NCBI RefSeq assembly: GCF_004010195.1
Contig: NC_057734.1
Span: forward strand, 25,032,206-25,096,205
Length of the DNA stretch: 64,000 nucleotides
Reading direction: 5' to 3'
Source of the DNA: Chiloscyllium plagiosum
Taxonomy: Eukaryota
Below the pieces are notes generated by a model. That model was not told where the DNA came from and did not search any database. It was given only the letters and a program-made list of their open reading frames with translations. Of this stretch, positions 39,696 to 53,012 are shown piece by piece. A program made the translations under genes and the position numbers. Positions within the stretch are counted from its first letter, which is position 1; every line of letters begins with the position of its first letter.

Positions 39696-40122
39696 TCTTT
39701 AGTGATAATAATCGTTTCTAGGTCCTCACCTGCCTTGCCTCCTTGTCATCAATTATTAGCATGTTAATTAATGTCTTAATTTACCATTTACTCATTTCCT
39801 ATGTTTAAACCAGTCTTCTTATCCTCTAAAGGGCCAATGTTTACCTTAGCCACTTTTTTCCATTTTATATATTTGCAGAAATTTTTTCTGTTTTTATATT
39901 CTGAGTTAGTTTACTCTCATAATCCATCTTACCTTTTTCTTTAGCTTTTTTTTGTGACTCTGTGTTGATCTTGAAAGGTTTCCCAATCCCCTAGTTTCCC
40001 ACTAATGTTCGCCACTTTGAATGCATTACCTTATCAAATGTCTTGAAATAACACGCTCTCCGTTATCATGCTACTCCTTTAAAGACTCTCAAATTAAATA
40101 AACATGATTTAAGCTGGTGGCT

Positions 40123-40455
40123 GGCATGCTGTCTTAGTGATTAGCCTCACTACAGCCTCACAGACCCAGGCTTGATTCCAGCCTTGGGTGACTAGCTGTG
40201 TGGAGTTTGCATGTTCTCCCCATGCCTGTGTGGGTTTCCATCAGGTGCTCCAGTTTCCTCTCAGTCCGAACATGTGCAGGTTAGGTAGATCGGCCATGGT
40301 AAATTTCCCATAGAATCTAACGATGTGCAGACTAGGTGGATTAGCAATGGTAACGCGAAGTTACGGGGATAGGGTGAGGGGTCCGACTCTGGGTGGGATA
40401 CTCTTTGGAGGGTTGGTGCAGGCCTGATGGGCCAGATGGTCTTTTTCTACACTGA
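40123..40455 (+). mobile_element. tRNA-derived shark SINE (HE1-like)
   Basis: Same core as the 4736 copy. Confidence 0.8.
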
Positions 40456-42854
40456 AAGCATGTTGGCTCTTCCCAATTACATTAAGTGAGTTTTTGTAAG
40501 TGTCCAGCTATAACCTCTAACGGTCTATTCCAATACCTTCCCCCATAGAGTCAAAAATGTCTACCGTTTTAGGGAATGTTGGAAAATTACCTTGAACTCA
40601 TCTACTACCTCATTATCCTAAGGTCTTAAGAGCGGCTAAAGTCCATCTGCCACGGATACTTATCCACCTGCAACCTCATCAGTGTTGTTTCCCTGGTGAT
40701 AACTTAATTGAGTTACTTTCCCCTTCCACCTTCTAATTTAAAGTCTATGCTGGGAATTTTTTTGGATATTCTGTATTTCCTTCCAGTCTCACATGCCCTA
40801 TTATTGTAGCACTTTATAAAATGCTTTTTGAAATTCTCAACACACTGCTGTCACTAACTGCTTTTTATTCAACAACCACTACCTCAAAAACACCAACACA
40901 TTTGCCAAACTTGATTTCCAATTCATAAATCTGTGTTGACTCTGGTCTTTGTTTTGTAAATGTCTAGTTATAATGTCTCTGATAACAGATTCTTACAATT
41001 TCCCTCTTTCTGTCAGGCTAAGCTGCAAATGGTTCCTAGTTTATTCTTTTCCTCCTTTCTTAAAAAGTGGGGACTGCATAGGCTACCTTCAAATCCACAG
41101 GACCCATTCCAAAATCTAGGAAATTTTACGAGGATCAAAATCAATATATTTAGAATTTCTGTGGCTGCCTCTTTAAATTTGAGAACACAAGCTTTCAGGC
41201 CAGTGGTTTGGTCAAATGCATGCATATATCAGACAAAAAAAAATCTTACTTTTTAAAAATTATTTGAACCTTATTCAAAGAACGCCAGAGGAACTCAACT
41301 ATTTAGTTTGCTTAGCATTTGAACTAGGTTAAAGCGGCTGCTATTTTAACTGATGTCAACAACTAGCGTTTATTTCTTTTATGAATGATCATCGGTGCAT
41401 ACACTGGTAGTACGGTATCTACAGGATTGTTTAGCATTAATTTCATCTTCTAAAAGCAACAGAAGTCAGTATGTTACAGAAAACAAGCAAACTGCCCACC
41501 TAGGTACATTGTGTAAATCTCCACTTCTTTCTTAGTTTAAATAGAGTAACCAGCTTTTAAGTTGAACAAAACAAAATTACGATTCTAATGTTCTGAAATG
41601 CCTTCCCATTACAGTTCTCCATGAAGGAGATGTCAGGTACAAACTATAGCCCTCCTAAAAAGCATTCAGATTATACACAACCATAATCTGTTGTTGCCTC
41701 CCCTTTAAAAAAATTAAACTAGCATTGGGATTAATGCAATACAGACAAGGTATCAACCAAGAACAGTCTTGCTTTTACCTATTTCATATTAATAAAGGTA
41801 AAAGTTATCATTTCAAATATGCAACCCGTGCACCAATTAATTAAAATAGCAATTTCGTAATATTTGTGAAACAAAATGACTTAATTGTTAATAGCCTACT
41901 CATACAACAGTTTGCAGTGATTAGTATGCCTGGAAACAAAAATCCCTTTGCTCTCATATAGCTCCTGGTCTCTCATCGTTAAGAGAATATTCCAATTGGT
42001 CTTTCTTGGATCCAAAATGAATAACTTCACATTTTCACACCCTGATTTTATCTACCATGATTTTATCTACCTCATCTGTCTAAGTCTCTCTAATTTACTG
42101 CTTCAATCTACATGATTTAATGTATACCTGCATATTTCTATTTCTTCATCCAAGTCATTCATATTATTTGGTGAAAAGCAGAAATCCCAGCAGAGATTCC
42201 AGAAGAACAGGAGTCACCGTATTCTGCCAATGAAAGGCTACTTCTCTTTATACTTGCTTTCAGTTGCTGCTTCTAAAACAATTACTAACCCACCATCACA
42301 GTTACCACCAATAACTTGAACTCTAATTTTTGTTAACTTCTGCATCATTTTATCAAGTACCACATGCTTATATTTACTCTCCCCTGTGTACCATGCTAGT
42401 GGTCCAAACAAATTGAACCAGACAGACACAATTTACCCATCACAAATCAACACTGACTGTCTTCAATCAGCTCATTTCTTCTTAGAAATGTTTATTTCTT
42501 GAAAAATGCCTTTCTTTTAGACTATCAAATAACCTGAGACTTAACATTATTTCTGGTAACCCCCAAAATGCCAGGCCTTCGATTTCCCCATGTAGGAAGA
42601 AGAAAACTGGCACTATATTCTAACCATATCAAAAAGTTATGGTGTGGTTAAGTATGGTGTCATCATAACATGCTACTTATTTCACTGACAAACTCAAAAG
42701 ATACTGGTCATGGACCTTAAATGATTAATAAACTACAACTCCCAGGTTATCCTGTTTTGCAGTCTTAAACTAGTAAGCCCGAATGATATACTTGCTTGTA
42801 ATTACTATGTAGCAAATTTACATTACTGCATTCAATCTGTTATCTATTTCTCCA

Positions 42855-44050
42855 TAGTAAGACATGCCCTCCAGTCCAGGCACCATCCCGGTAAATCCTT
42901 CTGCACCTTCTCTAAAGCTTCCACATCTTTTCTATAATGAGGCGACCAGAACTGAACACAATATTCCAAGTGTGGTCTAAGCAGGGATCTACAGAACTGC
43001 AGCATAACCTCACAGCTCTTAAACTCAACTCCCTTGCCAATAAAGCCAACACACCATACATCTTCTTAACAACCTTGGATGGCAACTTTGAGGGATCTGT
43101 GGACATGGACCCCAAGATCCCTTTGTTCCTCCACATTGCCAAGAATCCTGCCTTCAACCCTGTATTCTGCAGTCAAATTCAACCTTCCAAAGTGTTTTCC
43201 AGGTTGAACTCCGTCTTCCACATATCAGCCCAGTTCTGCATCCTGTCAATGTCCCGTTGCAAACTACAACAGCCCTCCACACTATCCACAATTCCACCAA
43301 CCTTCATGTCATCGGCAAACTTACTAATCCACCACTAATCCTCATCCAAGCAATTTATAAAAATCACAAACAGAAGTCCCAGAACCGATCCTTGCGGAAC
43401 CCCACTGGTCACCAAGCTCCAGGCTAAATACTTTCCATCTACCACCACCCTCTGTCTTCTATGGGTCAGCCAATTTTGCATCCAGACAGCTAGATTTTCC
43501 TGTATCCCATGCCTCATTACTTTCTGAATGAGCCTACCATGGGAAACCTTATCAAATGCTTTGCTAAAATCCATGTACACTACATCCACTGCTCTAACTT
43601 CATCAACATGTTTTGTCACATCCTCAAGGAATTCAATAAAGGTTTGTGAGGTATGACTTGCCCCTCACAAAGCCTTGTTGACTATCTCTAATCAAACTAT
43701 GTATTTCCAAGTAATCTTAAATCCTGTCTCCAATACTTTGCCCATTACTGACATAAGACTGACTGGTCTGTATTACTCCAGGATTATCCCTATTTCCTTT
43801 TTTGAACAAGAGAATAACATTGTCCACCCTCCAATCATCTGGCATTACTCCACTGGACAGTGAGGACACAAAGAATCATCACCAAAAGTGTAGCAATCTC
43901 TTCCCTTGCTTCCTGTAGTAACCTAGGGTATATCCCATTTGGCCCAGGATATTATCTATCCTTATGTTCTCCAAAAGTTTCAGCACATCCTCCTTCCTAA
44001 CATTAGCCTGTTCTAGCATATTAAGTTGTTTTATGTTATCCTCAGAATCG
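42855..44050 (-). mobile_element. CR1 LINE RT fragment
   Basis: VDVVYMDFSKAFDKVSH..VTSGVPQGSVLG motif. Confidence 0.9.
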
Positions 44051-44799
44051 TCAACATTCTACTTAATTCCATCACTGCTATTAGCATTCTTGTTTAATAA
44101 TACTTCAATTTAATTTCATGGATTTTCGAATGAACTCCATACTGGGTGAAGAATGTTAGACAACATCATGCATACAATATTTCTATCTTCAGTCAACCAT
44201 GAGCATTTGAAAAGTGAGCAGCTCTCCTTCTGAGATGAACTTATGCACACTAGTAAAAAAAGCTTTCTCGGAATAAAGTTCAAATGAAAATGGTAAAGCT
44301 GTACTTTGTTAATAAAAGCAGAGTTTTACAATGTAAAAGGTAGAACATGACATATGCGCAGGGGAAAACAAGGATATTTGCTTATAAAAGGAAAAAGGAC
44401 ACAAAACCATCAAAATAGCAAGATAGAATTCATAATTGTACATACAATTGCACCACTCGGTGAGCCCAACTTATAAAAATACATTCTGTCCATCATGTAA
44501 ATGAGTAAGGCAGGATATGATTTTCAGTGCCAGTATGATGCTAGGTACTTTGCAAACATTGGTGGATTATATTAAACTACATATCTCCTTACTGTTCACA
44601 TTCAGCAAGTTACTGGTTATTTGCATCAAGCAGCCTGCACTTGCAAAACGCACAACTGATTGTCCAACATTTGATAGGATTCTGCTACTGAACAATATTT
44701 ACTGAATAATCATAAGTGTGCTAAAAATTATGACAACAATCAATTTAGGATCATCAGCTAATCTCTCAGTCTGTTGCACTTGCCTGTACAAGCTGCATA

Positions 44800-45057
44800 C
44801 AGGTAGTTTATTCTATAATGTGATGGTTGCGTTCTTGCGATCACACTTTTGAAACAACGTTTAAAAGGTTTGGTGATGTAATCACGTTATTGCCAACACA
44901 CACTTTAAAAGTTTGCGCTTTAGAAACAGTGTCCTCAATTCATCAAGCGCATTACAGTCAACAAACGCTTTAAAAGTTTGCCCTTTAGAAATAATGTCTT
45001 CAATAGCATTATATTGAATTTGTGTTAACGAAATGAGTGTTATAGCTGAATGACCTG
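44800..45057. mobile_element. Tc1/mariner-type MITE with internal direct repeats
   Basis: TA|CAGGT...ACCTG|TA ends; internal repeat TTTAAAAGTTTGC(G/C)CTTTAGAAA. Confidence 0.7.
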
Positions 45058-45453
45058 TATATTAATACACAGGATCCTGTTTTTGCAGACAGAAAAGACA
45101 CGTGCATACACTGTCTATTTCAACATCACAAAATAAGAGACAACCATTCATTTCTTGGTTCACTTCTCAGGACAATGCCCTGACTAAATTCAATCTGCCT
45201 GTCAATCATTTGCAGATTCGTCACGGCAACACCTCTTCCAATCAGAGCCCACTTGCCAACAGCACTCGCGTCTCATGCAACATAAATGTTGGTTATCCCC
45301 TCGAATTGATATTTTTCTATATTGTCCTATGAGTGAAAAATAGAAAGCTTTGAATAGTGTTTTTTTTTGGCAACACTTTACTTCTTTATACCGAACGACT
45401 AGTAGCATATATTGGTGTCTCACAGCTGTCAGAATTAGGAACTTTGATCCTTT

Positions 45454-46056
45454 TGTTATGGTCCAGGCCAGACTCCCTCAAAACATTTCAAGAAAGTAGC
45501 CTGGACCCTAACTTTGCTCATTGTTTTAAGCAAGTGTAAAGTGGGTATTCCAGGAGGGTTGCAGCTGACCCAACCACTTAGTTTCAAACAAAACAGAATT
45601 TATTTGCAAGATTACCGAATGAAACACAAAAGAATACAGAATACCGAATAACGTAACCTGTCCGACACCCAACAGACTATCCCAACTTAATGATGCTGTT
45701 TCACATGCCTGCAACAATGCGCATAAACACTCCTTGGCAAAAAAAGAGAGAGAGAGAGATGGCAGAGGGATTAAGCATAGAACACCTTCTTCCATGTAGT
45801 TGTTTTCTGGAACCACAGCCTCAAACTTACTGCCTGCTTTCATTGAACAGCCAGACCGTTAAAAAAAGCAAACCAAAGAAAAGCTGAACTAGGAGAACTG
45901 GACACTCTCCTTTCATTGCATAAGTGTATTTTAAAAAAATTTCCGAGGCAGTATCTGTTAGCTATAATCAAATTGGCCCTAAAACTCTTAAAACCTAGAC
46001 TTTTCTGAATTGCTGCTTTTACGACCTCTCCTTGTTAAAGGAGCAGCATCGTCACA
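45454..46056 (-). mobile_element. Solo LTR with 4-bp TSD
   Basis: TGTTA...TCACA termini flanked by CTTT on both sides. Confidence 0.8.
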
Positions 46057-46888
46057 CTTTTCATTTACATTTATGCCAAACTTTTGGCATAATGTATAGG
46101 CTACAATTTCAAATATGCAGACAACTCAGAGCTTGAAAATGTAAAAAGAAAGAACACTGACAGTCTACTCATATGGCTCCTGTAATTTAACAGAAATTTG
46201 AAACGATGCATTTTGGTGGGAAAAGTGAGGCAAAGCACCATAAACTACACTTTAAAAAATGCTTTTATAGGATATGCATTTTGTCTGCTAAGCATATATT
46301 TATTTCCCATCCCGAACTGTCCTCAAGGTGGCGGTGGTGAATCAACTTCATGAACCACTGTAATTAATGTGCTGCAGGTACAACCACAATACTGTTGGGA
46401 TCAAAGCTCCAGGATTTTAAAGCAGTAACAGTGAAAGAAATTACAGTACAGGTGAAAACCAGGATGGTGTGCAGTGTGCAGGAAAATCTGCAGGTGGTGG
46501 TATTTTCATACATCTGCTGCCCTTATTTTTCTTGGTGGTAGAGGTCTTGAGTTTGGAAAGTACTATTGAAGGGATCTTGCTGCAGTACATCTCATGTATA
46601 GTACACACTGCTTTCACAATATATCAATAGTGATTGTTTAAAAAGGTGGATGAGGTACCAATCAAGTGGGTTGTTTTGTCCTCGATAGTGCTTAGCACCT
46701 TGAACATTGTTATTATTGGAGCTGCATTCATTCAGTTAAATGGGAAGATTTCCTTCACAGTACTGACTTGTGCCTCATAATTAGTGAACAGTCTTTTGGA
46801 TGTCAAGGAATGAGTCATTCATCTCAGAAATCCCAATCTCTGATCTACTTTTGTAGCCATAATATGTATATGATTGACCAGAAACTTA

Positions 46889-47015
46889 ATTGGATCAAAC
46901 TGTGATCCTCAAATGTTGAAATTAGGGGATTCAACAATAATAATGCCAATGATTGGATCAAACTGTGATCCTCAAATGTTGAAATTAGGGGATTCAACAA
47001 TAATAATGCCAATGA
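46889..47015. repeat. Perfect 63-bp tandem duplication within an old LINE
   Basis: ATTGGATCAAACTG...GCCAATG x2. Confidence 0.92.
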
Positions 47016-48721
47016 CTTGCTCATGTTGAAAATGATCATATTCTATTACTCTATTACATGTGTAACGTGCAAGGGCTACACACAATTTCGCACCCCATGC
47101 CTAGATGTTGTCTTGCATGTGGACACAGATGGCTTCAGCATCTCTGGAGTTGCCAAGTGTGCTGACCATTGTTTGCATATGCCCACTTCTAAGTTTATAA
47201 TGCAGGAAAGGTCATTGGTGGAGCAAGTGAAGATGTTAAGCTTATGACACGATATTGAAGTACTCTTGCAGTTATGAGATGATTGGCCAACCATCTTTCT
47301 TTGTGCTAAGAATGACTCCAACTAATGGAGCAGTTTTTCACATTTTTCACTGACCAGTTTTAGCTTGGAACCTTGATCGACTATCAAATTCTGCTTGGAT
47401 GTCAAAGGCAGACACTCTCAACTCAACTTCAATCTTAAAATAGTGCCATTTAAAAGGGGTCACAGGAACACATATACTTTGGGCCATACATACATAAATC
47501 TGTGAAGATGGCAGTGAAATAACTTCAGGAATGTCAATATCCTGTCACTAAGTTATCCTTTATTTACACGTGCATCGTTAATGACACTGACCCAGCTAGC
47601 TCAGAGCTGTCTAATAGAGTGAACAGAACCTCGGACAATTGGTCAGTCAGGACCTCCTGTTTGGACCAGGTTAATGGCCCCAGTCAGGGAACTCATATTC
47701 TAGGAGATGCACCTGACTGACCTCATTCCAGTCACTACATCCTTTCCCCTCTAAGTTTCTGGAATCCAGGCCCGTTCTCTTTCCAGTAGCTACTCCTGCA
47801 GCAGTTTTGCACCAGGTCTGGTTCTTCCGATTCTGCCTTGGATATTGGTGCTGTGTACTGGACTGTAGTCTGCCTCTTGTGCCCGGAGCATCTTGGCTGA
47901 AACTCATCACAGATAATTTGATTTATTGTTACATGTACCGAGTACAGCGAAAAACTTTGTTTACGGGCAATACAAGCAGATCATAGTAAGCAAGGATGTA
48001 TAGATCAAAAAGACTTGGGTTACATTGTACAGTGCGTGGTCTAGGCGAGATCAGCGTTAGCAAGATCAGCATTGAGGCTAGAGAGTCTATTCATCAATCT
48101 AATAACGATTAGGAAGAAGGTTCTTGGGCGGTAATGGCATTGAAGCTGCGACATCTTCCATTTCTATCCCATCCTCAGAGGTTTCTTCAATGCTGGGCGG
48201 AGGAGAACCACGGGTTCTGACAGCCTTGCTGTATTTTCTGAGGGGCCAGGTATGTTTTACTCCTGTCCGATTTGCAAGGTTGCAGCTTTCATGTGGTCCA
48301 CATGCTTGTTGAGAACCGCCTCTCCTACCCAACTTTGTATGTCATGGGACTGGACCTCGTGTTAACCTTACTGCTTAACCTTGGGAATGGCCATGCATGG
48401 TTTCGACACCAGACTCGTTCCCTGAAGTAAACTGTCTCTCTTGCTTGGAGCATTATTACGTCTGGCATTAGTGTTCCTGATGCCATTTCACCCTCCCCTC
48501 CCAGGTCTGAGAAGATCAAATTTAATTTGGCGTGGAATCTTCTTCCATGAGTAACACTCCTAGAGCTGTCCTTGTAGTTGTGTGAGCGGTAGTTCTATAA
48601 TAAAACAGGAATCAGGACACTATGCTGTCAGGTAAAGCTTGAAGCTCTCTCTTTAAGCCTGCCTTCAAAAGTTTGGTCTTCTCTCTCCATTGGACCATTG
48701 AACGATGGATAGTATGGGTTT

Positions 48722-49483
48722 GAGATGTTAATGGGTTAATTTGGTGTGCTGACATGTAAGAAATTAGATACTAAACTACACTGAGGGACTTTTGTTTTTC
48801 TGTTATGCAGGCAAGATGTGACAATCATACTTGGTTCTCTGGAAATGCTAAACTATCTAAGACAGCAATTGAAAAATAAGGAATAATCTAATTACACGTT
48901 GTTTTTGGGGGGCACGTACTATTACTGTTGCTGGGCATGTGACTATGGGGAACTAGCAGGGGGCTGTGTCTTGCATACATGACTGGCTGTGTTGTAAAAC
49001 CCAGTATAAAGGGAGGACTGTTCCCTTATTCAGGAAGCAAGTTTGACACAGCTTTGCAAGCAGTGTGAAGAGTGTTAAATTATTCTCCAAAAACCTTGTG
49101 CATGTGTACAATCCTTTATCCGAAATGCTTGGGACCAGCTGGTTTTTGGAATTCAGAATTTTTTGAATTGCAGAATAAAGGACAGCTTGATGTGGAACTT
49201 TTAAAAATCTTAACAGAGGAGCAAACGCACTGAGTAAAACGGGCCTCGAGGCCTGCCAGTGCTGGGCCACACCCTCCACGTCACATCTGAGTGACACGTA
49301 TCGAGTGGTGTTGACTTGGGTTAACTGTTTGCACACCAAACAACCTTGTTAATGAGAAAAAAACTTCACAAAAAACCTTCGGGACTTTGGAGCTTTTCAG
49401 ATTTCGGATAAAGGATTGTATACTTGTACTTGCTTAAATAAATAGTGGCTATTCACAGAAGTTGGTGTATTGCAGTAGCATCA
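48722..49483 (+). mobile_element. Probable solo LTR nested in the Gypsy integrase region
   Basis: TG...CA ends, TATAAA near 49005, AATAAA near 49437; interrupts integrase homology. Confidence 0.5.
49101..49426. mobile_element. Tc1/mariner-type MITE
   Basis: Perfect 20-bp inverted repeat TACAATCCTTTATCCGAAAT (49107-49126) / ATTTCGGATAAAGGATTGTA (49401-49420). Confidence 0.8.
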
Positions 49484-49814
49484 AGTGTGTAAGAATCTCA
49501 TGAAGGAACCTTACAGAGCTGCCCTTGCATATAGAATGTCATTCAACATTAGGAAATACTCAAATTCCCTGATGGTAAACAATGGCCCATTGTCTCGAAC
49601 CAACATCTCTGGGAGTCAACATATTAGAAAAGATGCTCACAACTTCTCAATCATCATCCATGATTGGTGGATGAATTCTATGCATGCCCAACCACTTTGA
49701 ATGAGCATCCACAATGACGAAAAACATGGAGTCTATGAAAGGATTGGCACAGTCGATGTGTAACCGAATCCACGAATATGAGGGAGATTCTGGTGGCAAT
49801 TTCAGCTTCCACTG

Positions 49815-52800
49815 TTGCAGGCTACGTCCAGGCCAGTCATTCTGGCTGCAGACTTCAACTGTATCATTGATGCAGATGGACGATCCGGCAGGGACACAGT
49901 AAACTGGACACCACGTCCAGAGTCCTAATGGAAATGGTCAAAGATGCCAAGCTGCACGATGTCTTCAGCAAACTGAAGAGAGCACAGTGTAGATACACCT
50001 GGTCACGGGCAGACGGGTCTATACGCTCAAGGATAGATTACATGTTTGTGTCCCGAATGTTCTCGGTCAGATCCACCGACGTCAAGCCGGTGTTCTTTTC
50101 TGACCACTGTCTCCTGCTAGCCGATTGTCACCTACAGGATGAGCAGCGGGCTGGTAAGGGAACGTGGAAGCTGAACACCAAGCTGTTGACCCCGGGAAAC
50201 ACTGAGGAGCTCAGGAGGGATTACGCAGGTTGGAGAATTGTGAAGTCCCTGTTTCAGTAACCAGCGGACTGGTGGGAAACAGTAAAAGGGAACATCAAGC
50301 GATTCTTCATCCTCAAAAGGTGTTCAGGAGGCAAGAGAGAGGTGGGGTAAACTGTCCTAACTCCAGGAAAGTATGCAGAACCTGTTCCTGCTGCAGACAA
50401 TGGGGGTCGATGTCACGGAGGACCTCCAGGAGGTGAAGGGCAGGCAAGCCTCGCTCTTTGCCTCAGAAGCCTCCAAGATAATCTTCCGGTACAGGGTCCA
50501 CTCCGTGGAGCAGGACGAGACGTGCTCACGTTTCTTCTTCCAGAAGATGCACAAAGAGAGCTTTGTGCTCAGCAGCCTGAAGGAAAAAGATGGCTCAGTA
50601 ACGTCATCTCAGGCTGATGTCATGAGGATCAGCAAATCCTTCTATGCCAGTCTGTATGACTCGAAGCCAACTGACAGCACGGCCTCCCAGTCGTTCCTAT
50701 CCTCTATCACGGAGGTCTTAAACGACAGATGGGAGAGGCTGGACCAGCCGCTATCTCTGGACGAGCTGACCAAGGCCCTCGAGTCCTTCGAAAAGAATAA
50801 AACTTCCAGAAGTGACAGCTTACCGGTCGAGCTCTATTCTACTCTGTGGGACTCGTTTGGCCAGGACCTGCTGGAGGTGTGGGTCAGTATGCTTCTGGCA
50901 GGTACCATGAGTGAAACCATGAGGAAAGGCATCATCACCCTCATCTACGAGCAGAAGGGGGAGAGGGAGAAAATCAGAAATTGGAGACCAATCTCACTAT
51001 TAAATGCAGATTACAAAATCTTGGCAAAGGTTATTGCCAACCGGGTCAGGTCCATTCTGGAATCAGTGATCCACCCTGACCAAACCTGTGCTGTACCAGG
51101 CAGGAAGATCGCTGAGAGTCTCACAATCCTCAGAGATACGATTGCCTATGTGTAGGACAGGGGGTTGGACACCTGCATCATCAGCCTGGACAAGGAGAAA
51201 GCCTTTGACAGGACATCACATATGTATATGAGAGATGTTCTCTCCAAAATGGGCTTTGGGGAGGAAATCTGTAACTGGATCAGACTGTTCTACATCAACA
51301 TTGTCAGTGCAGTCTCAATCAATGGTGGGAATCAGATAGCTTCCCAGTCAGATCTGGAGTCAGGCAGGGCTGCCCTCTTTCTCCTGCCTCGTTTGTGTCT
51401 GCATAGAGCCATTTGCCGAGTCCATAAGGATGGATGCAAGCCTGAGAGAGATGACTATTCCTGGCAGCAGGGGTCTGCAGGTTAACACCTCCCTGTACAT
51501 GGATTATGTCGCCGTTTTGTGCACAGACTCTTGTGCATATGTGACCAGTTTGAATGGGCCTTGGAGGCCAAGGTAATCCGAGGCAAGAGAAAGGCCATGC
51601 TCTTCGGGAACTGGGCCGACCAATCCTTCATCTCCTTCACCGTCAGGACTGACCACCTGAAGGTGCTAGGTGTTTGGTTCGGAGGGGCTGGGGCTTGCGC
51701 CAAGTCTTGGGGGGAGCGTATCAAGAAAGTGAGGCAGAAACTGGGCAGATGGAAGCTATGGTCACTCTCCATCACGGGAAAAAAACCTGGTCATCAGGCA
51801 TAAGGCACTGTCAGTGTTGTTATACATGGCACAGGTCTGGCCTATTCCCAGAACCTGTGCTATTACAGTCACCCGGGCCATCTTCCATTTTGTATGGAGA
51901 TCAAAGATGGCCAGGGTCCGAAGGGACTCGATGTACAAAGCTCTGGGCAACAGAGGAAAAAACACACCAAATGACACCCTCACCCTGATGGCCACCTTTG
52001 TGTGTGGATCCCCGGTATGCAAACACAAAATGTCACTACATACGGAGGTTCTACCTGCCCCCGGTGTTGCGAAGGATGGGCGTGGCCTTGCTGCCGCGGA
52101 ACGCTCCAAGTAGTTGGACCGTTCCATATCACCTGTCCTTCGTAGAGAAATTTATGAAGAAAAACACCTTTGACCACAAGTCCATCAGGAAATGGTCAGC
52201 ATGTAGTGTCCTTGAGACCCTTCGGGAAAGGAGAGGGCGGATCCTGTCAAGCGGTTCCCTGGGCAGACTGTCAGTCATTTGGCAGAATGCCTCATCACCA
52301 GAACTTTCCAATAAGCACCAAGACATGGCTTGGCTGGTGGTGAGAAGGACTCTGCCTGTGAGATCCTTTATGCATGCCCAGACTCTCTGCCACACTGCAC
52401 GCTGCCCTCGAAGCGGCTGTGGAAAGGACGAGACTGTCACACACACCTCCTTTTGGAATGTGCCTACGCAAAGGAAGTCTGCAGATGAATGCAGTGGTGT
52501 TTGTCGAGGTTCGTCCCATGCAGCTCCATGATGCAAAACTCCGTGCTCTACGGTCTGTTCCCCGGGATGCATACGGAGACGAACATCAGCTGTGCCTACA
52601 GGATCATCAACTCGGTGAAAGATGCTCTTTGGTCTGTCTGAAACCTGTTAATCTTCCAGCTGAAGGAGTTGACCCCGACTGAGTGTTGCGGACTGGCACA
52701 TTCCAAGGTCCAGGACAACGTGTTGAGGGACGTGCTGAAGCTTGGGGCAGCTGCCGCCAAGGCATGGTGGGGAAAGACCACTGTGTAACATCTGCCAAAG

Positions 52801-53012
52801 AACAGGGGGCCCACGCAGTAAGTGGGCTTCACTGACGCCTCAACTGAACATATGGATATATGGATGGTAAACGTACAGACCTCTATATACAAATGATTAA
52901 TTCCGATCTCTGTATGCAAAGAAATAGAATGTATATGTATGTATGTATGGCATGACCAATTGTACAGATCATCAAAATATTTTATGAATAAAGTATATTT
53001 TTGAAATTAAAA
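49815..53012 (+). mobile_element. Tx1/L1-clade LINE, 5'-truncated ORF2 (APE end, RT, CCHC finger), with frameshifts and stops
   Basis: SRIDYMF..FSDH, NWRPISLLNADYKILAK, SLDKEKAFDR, CPRSGCGKDETVTH; 3'UTR ends AATAAAGTATATTTTTGAAATTAAAAA. Confidence 0.9.

Larger units (their letters stand above)
35040..40030. mobile_element. Nested CR1 LINEs (minus-strand host with plus-strand CR1 at about 36220-38415)
   Basis: ORF 36520-36996 VTSGVPQCTVLGPLLFVLYINDL..FADDTK; minus KSPGPDGIHP..DWKTANV.PLFKK. Confidence 0.88.

Noticed and set aside
44860-45005. Spaced direct repeats resembling a CRISPR array
   Set aside because: Only 2-3 degenerate repeats inside a eukaryotic MITE; no cas genes.
49928-52790. 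Active or domesticated Tx1 LINE ORF2
   Set aside because: Multiple stops and frameshifts and 5' truncation.
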